DNA of 64,000 bases from Marinicella sp. (GTDB lineage Bacteria; Pseudomonadota; Gammaproteobacteria; Xanthomonadales; Marinicellaceae), in the NCBI GenBank assembly GCA_965230295.1, contig OZ246001.1, positions 1,568,001 to 1,632,000 of the forward strand, given 5' to 3'. Every line of letters begins with the position of its first letter. Positions within the stretch are counted from its first letter, which is position 1. The notes below the pieces were generated by a model. That model had not been told where the DNA came from. It saw only the letters and a program-made list of their open reading frames with translations, and did no database searches. This document shows positions 22,328 through 29,668 of the stretch, in pieces. A program made the position numbers and the translations under genes.

Positions 22328-23629
22328 TCAGTCCTTGATGATGGTTCTGTAAGTCGGAAAAACCACTTTAAAAGTCGACCCGGAGTTGGCCTCGCTGTCA
22401 ATCTCTAAACTGGCGCCATGTTTTAAACAGATGTGTTTAACGATGGCCAACCCCAATCCAGTACTTTGGTGGTTGCGGGCTTTTGAATTGTCAACTCGAT
22501 AAAAACGCTCAGTCAAATGAGGTATGTGGCTGGGGTCGATACCCGGCCCATTATCAACCACCCAAAAATTGGCCTCGCCATTATGCTCAAACCATTTGAT
22601 CGCGACCTGGGTGCCTGCTGGCGTATGAATGATGGCGTTGTGCATTAAATTTAAACAAATGCTGGTGATCTCTGACACATCGCCGGTTACCGATAAAGTA
22701 GAGTTGATTTCGGCTGACAACTCATGGTCGTGTGAATCGGCACTGTTCTTGATGTCATTAAACAAACCATTGAGCAACTCAGGCATGGCAATTTCTTGGT
22801 CGTCTGATTCAATGACCCTGTCATGTTCAATTTTAGACAGCTTTAACATGTCATCAATGATTTTTGACATCCGGTTGGCTTGATCCTTGGCCTGGTCAAT
22901 GGCCAACGACCAATCCTCACTGACATCATTCGATGTTTGCAACATCTCTAAATAACCTGATATAACGGTCAAAGGTGTTCGCAGTTCGTGAGACGCATTG
23001 GCCACAAAAGCCTTACGGGATTTCTGCAATGCTTCCTGTGCACTGATGTCTCTGGCCACCATCAGATAACGCTCCTTGTTGATCTTTATTAACCTGATCT
23101 GGATGCTTTTATCGTTGTGCTTGCCATGCGGCAGTTTAATTTCCTGGTCCTTTTTACCGGTAGTGAGCAATTGCACAAAAACAGGAATTCTGATGATGTT
23201 ATCAATTCGGGTGTTCACATCATTGTCGTTGATACTCAGAATTTCCTGAGCAATGTGATTACACCATTGAATCTCAAAACGCTGGTTCAACAAAATGGTG
23301 GCAAATGGCAAAGCCTGGGCAGTGGTCACAAATTGCTTCAACAGGAATTTATTGCGCTTTTGGGCTTCTTTGGTCTGGTTCTTGTTGTTGATGACTTGAC
23401 ATGTTATGGCTTCAAACACGCCATGGTTGTCAGGCACGTGGCTGCTGGACGAACCTTTCATATACCAATCATAAAATGTTTTGAACTCCATGATCTTCCA
23501 TGTGATATAAACCAATAACCACAACAACAAGCACAATGTCCAATAGCCCGTAATCAAACCAGACAAAGCGGCCAAAGCGACAAATATCAAAATGGCTATT
23601 TTTTCTTGTTTCCAACCAGAGAATTGCAT
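22328..23629 (-). CDS. phoR: Phosphate regulon sensor histidine kinase
   Basis: N-terminal TM, PAS-like region, FVANASHELRTPLTVI, HLTERFYRVD, TGLGLAIVKH; next to the pst operon. Confidence 0.9.
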   Translation of the reverse strand: MQFSGWKQEKIAILIFVALAALSGLITGYWTLCLLLWLLVYITWKIMEFKTFYDWYMKGSSSSHVPDNHGVFEAITCQVINNKNQTKEAQKRNKFLLKQFVTTAQALPFATILLNQRFEIQWCNHIAQEILSINDNDVNTRIDNIIRIPVFVQLLTTGKKDQEIKLPHGKHNDKSIQIRLIKINKERYLMVARDISAQEALQKSRKAFVANASHELRTPLTVISGYLEMLQTSNDVSEDWSLAIDQAKDQANRMSKIIDDMLKLSKIEHDRVIESDDQEIAMPELLNGLFNDIKNSADSHDHELSAEINSTLSVTGDVSEITSICLNLMHNAIIHTPAGTQVAIKWFEHNGEANFWVVDNGPGIDPSHIPHLTERFYRVDNSKARNHQSTGLGLAIVKHICLKHGASLEIDSEANSGSTFKVVFPTYRTIIKD

Positions 23630-23750
23630 CTTTATTACATAGGATCGTATTATAGAACTGCCGCAATCATAGCTTACCGCACCCCTAAATAATGAGTAAT
23701 TTTCAACTATTTTACTGTTTCGTCATCAAGATGATATCAAACTGAAACAT

Positions 23751-23784
23751 TTGTCATATAAATGTCATATTTGTCATCTAACAT
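23751..23784 (+). promoter_or_regulatory. Pho box and -10-like element upstream of the porin gene
   Basis: TTGTCATATAAATGTCATATTTGTCATC (first two units 11 bp apart), then TAACAT. Confidence 0.75.
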
Positions 23785-23817
23785 TCACGTTTTTGAAATC
23801 TTACGTGGGTAATTATC

Positions 23818-25020
23818 ATGAAGAAGAAGGTATTGGTAACGTCTTTGTTACTGTCTATGGGCACAACGGCATGGGCCGATTCAACACAAGATGAAATCGC
23901 CATGTTGAAAGAACAGTTGAAGCTGTTGACCCAAAAAATTGAAAAATTGGAAACCAAAACCAATAACAACGAAGCTGAAGTTAAAAAAGTGGCTGAAGCC
24001 AAAGCTGAAGCTAAATCTGACAACTGGGCAGATCGCATCACTTTCTCTGGTGACCTGCGTGACCGCTTCGAATACATCGATGAGCGCGGTAAAGACGTGC
24101 GCACCAGAAACCGCATTCGTTTTCGTTTGGGCGCCACTGCCAAAGTCAATGACGATTTGAAAGTGGGTTTCAGATTGGCCTCAGGTGGCGAAGACCCCAC
24201 TTCAACCAACCAAACTTTAGACGGTGCATTCTCAACCAAAGGCATCCAGTTAGACTTGGCTTATTTTGATTACAAATTGAACGATGCTTTGACTTTGACC
24301 GGCGGTAAAATGAAAAAACCGTTTTACATCCCATCTAAAACACCCGTTTTTTGGGACGGCGATTTGAATCCTGAAGGTTTTGCCTTGAGTTATGACAACG
24401 ACGGCTGGATGGGTACCCTGGTTGGTTTTTCTGTGGATGAAAGAAAAGCCGATACAGATGCCTTGTTGTTCGGTGGTCAAATGGTCAAAACTTTCGATTT
24501 GGACGGCAACACATTAACGGCCGGTGTGGGTTACTACGACTACCAAAAATTACAAGGTTCAACGCCTTTGTTTGATGGCAAAGCCCGTGGTAACACCTTA
24601 GATGCCAATGGCCAAATCGCCAATGACTTCAACATTGTTGAAGGCTTGGTTGAATACCAAACCAAATTGGCTTCTCAACCTTTCTCAGTATTTGGTACTT
24701 ACTACCAAAATACCGAAGCAGATTTAGATACCGGTTTTGCTCTGGGCTTTGGTTTGGGTAAAGTCAAGGACGCCGGTTCTTGGTCTATCGGTTATTCGTA
24801 CTTGGACTTAGAAGCCGATGCTGTTTATGGCTTGTTCAATGATTCAGATTTCGCCGGCGGTGAAACCGACTCCAAAGGTCACATCCTGAAAGCCGGTTAC
24901 GGCTTACGTAAAAACATGTCGTTGGGCATGACTTACATCAGTTCAGAGCAGGACCAAAGCAAAGCCACCCAAACCGATTATGACCGCTTACAAATGGACT
25001 TGAAAATCAAATTCAAATAA
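23818..25020 (+). CDS. Putative outer-membrane porin with N-terminal coiled coil
   Basis: Signal peptide, coiled coil, GDLRDRFE...RIRFRLG, DPTSTNQTL, WDGDLNPEG, beta-strand-rich, ends LKIKFK. Confidence 0.8.
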   Translation: MKKKVLVTSLLLSMGTTAWADSTQDEIAMLKEQLKLLTQKIEKLETKTNNNEAEVKKVAEAKAEAKSDNWADRITFSGDLRDRFEYIDERGKDVRTRNRIRFRLGATAKVNDDLKVGFRLASGGEDPTSTNQTLDGAFSTKGIQLDLAYFDYKLNDALTLTGGKMKKPFYIPSKTPVFWDGDLNPEGFALSYDNDGWMGTLVGFSVDERKADTDALLFGGQMVKTFDLDGNTLTAGVGYYDYQKLQGSTPLFDGKARGNTLDANGQIANDFNIVEGLVEYQTKLASQPFSVFGTYYQNTEADLDTGFALGFGLGKVKDAGSWSIGYSYLDLEADAVYGLFNDSDFAGGETDSKGHILKAGYGLRKNMSLGMTYISSEQDQSKATQTDYDRLQMDLKIKFK

Positions 25021-25040
25021 GCCAAATCATCTTTGCATCT

Positions 25041-25072
25041 AAAAAAACCCCGATTTTTTCGGGGTTTTTTTT
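25041..25072 (+). terminator. Intrinsic terminator of the porin gene
   Basis: AAAAAAACCCCGA-TTTTT-TCGGGGTTTTTTT. Confidence 0.85.
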
Positions 25073-25150
25073 GGTTTGCAGTAACTAAATCCATTCTGGT
25101 GCGTTAATAGGGGATAATAAAATTAATAATAGAGGAGCCCTGAACCCAAT

Positions 25151-26554
25151 ATGTTGTTCAACACGCCGATATTTTTTGTCTTTCTGATCGTCTTCTTGCT
25201 GTTTTACGGCTTTGTCTTTTTACGCCGAACACCAAGGGTTTATTTCATTCTGGTCTCTTCGCTGGTGTTTTATGGCACCTGGAATTACCGTTTTATCCCC
25301 CTGTTGGTGGGTTCAGCGGTCATCGACTATTTCCTTGCACAGGCAATCCAGAATGCCAGTGAACAGCGGCGCAAAAAACTCTTGTTATCCTTATCGGTGG
25401 CCATGAACCTGGGTATACTGGCCCTGTTCAAGTATGCCGATTTTGCCATCCAATCGGTGGCAGATTTCCTCGGAGTTCTTGGTTATCAAGCTGATTTAGG
25501 CTCTTTGTCCTGGGTGTTGCCTGTGGGTATTTCTTTTTATACCTTCCAATCTTTGAGTTACACCATCGATGTGTATCGTGGGGAAATGAAAGCCCGCAAA
25601 GGCCTGGTTGAATTCACCACGGCACTGGCCTTCTTCCCACAATTGGTCGCAGGTCCCATCTTGCGTGCCAAGCATATTCTGCCACAGTTTCATCGCATCC
25701 CGGTACCGACCTGGGACATGGTACGCAATGGCTTTTTACTGATCACCATTGGTTTGTTCAAAAAAACCATTGCAGATTTACTCGCAGCACCAGCGGCCAT
25801 GGCTTTTGATGGCGGTGCAGTAAGCTTGATTGAAACCTGGACTGGGGTGCTGGCCTTTGCTGGACAAATTTACGGCGATTTCTCTGGCTACAGTGACATG
25901 GCCATTGGTATCGCCATGTTGATTGGCTTTAAGATACCTTTGAACTTCCGCTTGCCTTATTTTGCCCTGTCACCCGTGCAATTTTGGCAACGCTGGCACA
26001 TCTCTTTATCGACCTGGCTGCGCGACTACCTGTACATTTCATTGGGTGGAAAATACAACCGCATTCGCAATGTCATGATCACCATGTTATTGGGCGGGTT
26101 GTGGCATGGTGCTGCTTGGACCTTCGTGGCTTGGGGCGCATTTCATGGTTTGATCATCATCGCCACCCACCAATTGGGTAACTCTTCAGCATTTGCCGGC
26201 TTTGCCCAAAGTCAGCAGTTTTTCAATAAATTGCTCAAATGGATCATCACCTTTTATTTGGTCCTGATCGGCTGGGTACTGTTCCGCGCCACAGGCATGG
26301 ATTCGGCTTGGCAAATCATCACCCAAATGCACACTTTTTCCGGGTTACCTGAACCTGGTTCCAAGTCCCTGATCATTTTCGGTCTGACAGTCGGCGCCCT
26401 GTTTTTTATGCACTTCATCGATTATTTTGTGCTCAATAAAACCCAACAATGGATGGCCCGATGGTGGCTGTTCTGGCCCTTGTTAATTTTGATTCAAGCC
26501 ATTTGTTTACTTATTGGAGAACCCAGCAATGCCTTCATCTACTTCCAGTTCTGA
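25151..26554 (+). CDS. MBOAT family O-acyltransferase (AlgI/DltB-like)
   Basis: LPVGISFYTFQ, FFPQLVAGPI, DFSGYSDMAIG, FWQRWHISLSTWLRDY, GLWHGA, FIYFQF. Confidence 0.93.
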   Translation: MLFNTPIFFVFLIVFLLFYGFVFLRRTPRVYFILVSSLVFYGTWNYRFIPLLVGSAVIDYFLAQAIQNASEQRRKKLLLSLSVAMNLGILALFKYADFAIQSVADFLGVLGYQADLGSLSWVLPVGISFYTFQSLSYTIDVYRGEMKARKGLVEFTTALAFFPQLVAGPILRAKHILPQFHRIPVPTWDMVRNGFLLITIGLFKKTIADLLAAPAAMAFDGGAVSLIETWTGVLAFAGQIYGDFSGYSDMAIGIAMLIGFKIPLNFRLPYFALSPVQFWQRWHISLSTWLRDYLYISLGGKYNRIRNVMITMLLGGLWHGAAWTFVAWGAFHGLIIIATHQLGNSSAFAGFAQSQQFFNKLLKWIITFYLVLIGWVLFRATGMDSAWQIITQMHTFSGLPEPGSKSLIIFGLTVGALFFMHFIDYFVLNKTQQWMARWWLFWPLLILIQAICLLIGEPSNAFIYFQF

Positions 26555-27812
26555 CCCCGGTAACAAGCATCCCTTGTATCCTTATGCGGTGCAAGATGAG
26601 CTGAGTTCCGACAAAGCCACTCAGACGGCTGATGGTGGCTTCAACCCCATCTATGGCAAAACCCTGCTGTTTATCATCTTGGGAATGGGCATGGCACTGG
26701 GTCTGATCAGGTGGTTTGCCTGGATCAATGATGCCGCACCAACCGACTTTCTGGGCCGGGTTTTAGAGGCCAAAGAGTCGTTGCCACAAATCGTTGAAGA
26801 ACCACATGATCTGGTTATGGCATTTGGTTCGTCCATGGTTCAGGCCGGGTTTTCACCCAGAGAATTTGATCAATGGGCCAAAGATCGCGGTAACAACAGC
26901 GTCAAATCATTCAATTTTGGTTTTGGTGGGCTGAACCCTTTTTATCAGGACATCCTGACCCGCCGCATCAAAGAATCATTTGATCAATCTGATCGTCGTT
27001 TGAAAGTGGCTTTGATTGAATTCAACCCATTTCAAACCACCATCACCCGCTACAACCGCAACCGCATCCTTGAAGACTCATACTTGACCATATTGGGCAA
27101 AGACCAGGAGTTGTGGAAAATCTTCATGCAAGACCCCACCCGTGGTATCCGATTATTCAACATCAAATACCTGCGCAACAGCATTTCAGCCGAAATGGTC
27201 ACCAGCTTTTTTGGTGGTTCTTTGCGCGAACCCAGAAAACGTACCGAGCTGGAAAGAGACGAAGCGAGTCAGGAACGCTTGCGCGAGGTGGGTGAACTCC
27301 TCAACAAAGCCTTTGAAGAAGAATACCCTGATTACGTCAGCAGCAATTGGTCTTATGCCTGGCAAGGCGGAGGTACCATCGCTGCTGAAAGAAAGCCTGA
27401 AACCCTGAAAGTGTTCGATGAATACTACGAATTGCTTAGAGATCCGGCTCGCATGGATGATCGACGTTTGAATCGCATCCACACAGCCGACATCATTGAC
27501 ATGCATTTCAGTGAAGAGTTGATTGTGGCATTCATAGATATAGTCAACCAATTCAAAACCTTCTCTGATCATGTGGAAGTGGTGATGCTGCCTCGCAACA
27601 CCAAATGGATCACCCACTCTCCGGAGGGTGCTGAACGATTGAAAGCCACAGTTAAGCGCATTGAACAAGCCACCGGGGTGACGATCAAGAATCACCAGGA
27701 TTTACCCGTCATCAACCCAACCATGTTCAGTGATGCCACCCACTTGAATCGCTACCAAGGGGCGCATAACTACACCAAATACTTGATTGACGAGTTGTTT
27801 CCATACCTGTAA
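26529..27812 (+). CDS. Membrane-anchored SGNH/DltD-like partner of the MBOAT protein
   Basis: Start overlaps the MBOAT 3' end (MPSSTSSSD), one TM helix, GSS near the N-terminus and DATH (DxxH) near the C-terminus. Confidence 0.65.
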   Translation: MPSSTSSSDPGNKHPLYPYAVQDELSSDKATQTADGGFNPIYGKTLLFIILGMGMALGLIRWFAWINDAAPTDFLGRVLEAKESLPQIVEEPHDLVMAFGSSMVQAGFSPREFDQWAKDRGNNSVKSFNFGFGGLNPFYQDILTRRIKESFDQSDRRLKVALIEFNPFQTTITRYNRNRILEDSYLTILGKDQELWKIFMQDPTRGIRLFNIKYLRNSISAEMVTSFFGGSLREPRKRTELERDEASQERLREVGELLNKAFEEEYPDYVSSNWSYAWQGGGTIAAERKPETLKVFDEYYELLRDPARMDDRRLNRIHTADIIDMHFSEELIVAFIDIVNQFKTFSDHVEVVMLPRNTKWITHSPEGAERLKATVKRIEQATGVTIKNHQDLPVINPTMFSDATHLNRYQGAHNYTKYLIDELFPYL

Positions 27813-27877
27813 AACTGATCTAACAAGGCGGTCAGGCGTGTTAATATAAGCACTGAGACACACCACCTGACCGCTGA

Positions 27878-28408
27878 ATGAATCGCAGAAAGTTACTGAA
27901 AAAATCCTTGTTGTTAGGCACTGCCGGCTTGATTGCTGGCGGTGGCTATTGGTTGCACAATGGTGAAGATGTCGCCAACCTCTCCATTGAGAATTGCCAA
28001 AAACGCCTACAGGGTTTAAACCTCAAACGCACCAAGGTGGTGGGTGAATGGAACATGAGTGAAGTGTTTAATCACCTGGCACAAAGCATTGAATATTCGA
28101 TGACCGGTTATCCAGTTCACAAATCGGATGGGTTCAAAAAATACCTAGGGCGCCATGCTTTTGCGGTGTTTTCATATCGAGGCAGGATGGCCCACAATTT
28201 GGCCGAAGCCATTCCAGGGGCACCCGCCTTAGATGCCAGTGATCCATTATTGGCACTCAGTCGCCTGTTGACTGCCTTGAATGATTTTCGGGTTTATCAG
28301 GGTGATTTAAAACCACATTTTGCCTATGGTGAGTTGAACCACCAACAATACACTTGGGCCCATGTGATGCATGTTTACAACCATCTGGAATCATTTGAAA
28401 CGGTTTGA
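27878..28408 (+). CDS. DUF1569-like protein with Tat-like signal
   Basis: RRKLLK N-terminus; HLAQSIEYSMTGYP, PHFAYGEL, HVMHVYNH (DinB-like His pattern). Confidence 0.75.
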   Translation: MNRRKLLKKSLLLGTAGLIAGGGYWLHNGEDVANLSIENCQKRLQGLNLKRTKVVGEWNMSEVFNHLAQSIEYSMTGYPVHKSDGFKKYLGRHAFAVFSYRGRMAHNLAEAIPGAPALDASDPLLALSRLLTALNDFRVYQGDLKPHFAYGELNHQQYTWAHVMHVYNHLESFETV

Positions 28409-28427
28409 ATGATCTGCGCCAAGACTA

Positions 28428-28600
28428 CAAATCCCATGGCTCATCCTTGAGCAACTAAATCCTTAAAAATCCATAGTGATGCAAATAATTCCATATCTCA
28501 TCCTTGAGTCATTAAATCCTTCATATCCTTACTTTGTTAAATCATCCTTGACTCATCCTTGAGTGTGTTACTCCTTTGATGTCCCTATATCAAAATAAAA
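28428..28600 (-). ncRNA. Candidate CsrB/RsmZ-like sRNA (multiple GGA hairpins)
   Basis: 12 GGA motifs on the minus strand in about 155 nt, including three perfect CTCA-AGGA-TGAG hairpins; strand and ends are inferred. Confidence 0.55.
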
Positions 28601-28745
28601 AAGAGGGGACAGTGATTAACTGTCTTACTTATATACTCGCGAAACAATCGAAAACCTTGTCAAAAAATATTAATTTTTTTAAAAATAATTAATTTAAAGG
28701 GCCAGAAAACAATGAACCAGGAAGGTGGGTGAATAAATTTTAGGC

Positions 28746-28776
28746 AAAAAAAAACCGCCTTAATGGCGGTTTTTTT
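28746..28776. terminator. Bidirectional-type terminator downstream of the ECF-kinase cassette
   Basis: AAAAAAAAACCGCC-TTAAT-GGCGGTTTTTTT. Confidence 0.85.
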
Positions 28777-28787
28777 GTTTTCCTTGC

Positions 28788-29630
28788 TTAATTTTTTCCA
28801 GATGGTGGCCTATATGGAGTATGGAATGTGATGCCATCTCCAATATTGACACCTGAATCATGGCTTATGATTCCCAAACGCGCTTCTGATACCCGCAAAG
28901 TATTGGTCTTGAATGGTGAAACAAAAGTATGGAATTCTTTCAATTCACTCGGGTCAGGCTTTTGATTGGCATATGGGCTGATGTCCAACAAAACCGGTTG
29001 TTCTTCGTAATTAGAATCAATCCTGGTCAATCCTGAATGTACAGACACACGGGTTTGTGTGCCACCATTTACACTGTTGTTGGTGTTGACCATGAAATAC
29101 AACAAACCTTGATGTATGTCACTGGGTAACCAGACATGATCTTTAGTATATTGTTGGACAGGGCCGTTTTCCGGGAAGCTGTACCACATCAAATGGACTT
29201 TCCATTTAAAATCTCCATTAGAAAGTGGTTTTTTCTTGATTCGAATCAGCATGTTTTTGGCTTCCGTTTCAATTCCATCTCCAACGGGATCGCCTTTGGC
29301 CCATAGCTCAAAAAACGTCACCCGATTACCTGTAGAAATCAATGACAACACTTCTGCAAAATCGATCGCAAAAGAATAGTTGTAACCGCTTACATTGGTA
29401 TCCAGTTCAGGCAAGAAATATGCATAATCGACTTCACCGCCTTCTGGCACATTGGCCACAAACACTTGATCCTCACAGTTACCACCACGAAAATCTTCTG
29501 TTAGCTCTGAGGTTGTGTTGGTGTGTTCAAACGGGTTAAGCCAGGATAAGTTTCCTTGAAAGTTCTGCTCTTCACAATCAAGAGCAATGGCTGACTGAGT
29601 TATTAACAACATTAAAAATACTTTTTTCAT
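28788..29630 (-). CDS. Secreted hypothetical protein
   Basis: Signal peptide MKKVFLMLLITQSAIA after an AGGA RBS; no family recognised. Confidence 0.7.
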   Translation of the reverse strand: MKKVFLMLLITQSAIALDCEEQNFQGNLSWLNPFEHTNTTSELTEDFRGGNCEDQVFVANVPEGGEVDYAYFLPELDTNVSGYNYSFAIDFAEVLSLISTGNRVTFFELWAKGDPVGDGIETEAKNMLIRIKKKPLSNGDFKWKVHLMWYSFPENGPVQQYTKDHVWLPSDIHQGLLYFMVNTNNSVNGGTQTRVSVHSGLTRIDSNYEEQPVLLDISPYANQKPDPSELKEFHTFVSPFKTNTLRVSEARLGIISHDSGVNIGDGITFHTPYRPPSGKN

Positions 29631-29668
29631 AATCATTCCTTTTAAAAATCTACGCGATGTTACCAACA

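Noticed and set aside
28440-28563. CRISPR array reading of the CTCATCCTTGAG repeats
   Set aside because: Repeats are only 12 bp, the intervening sequences contain the same motif, and there are no cas genes in the window
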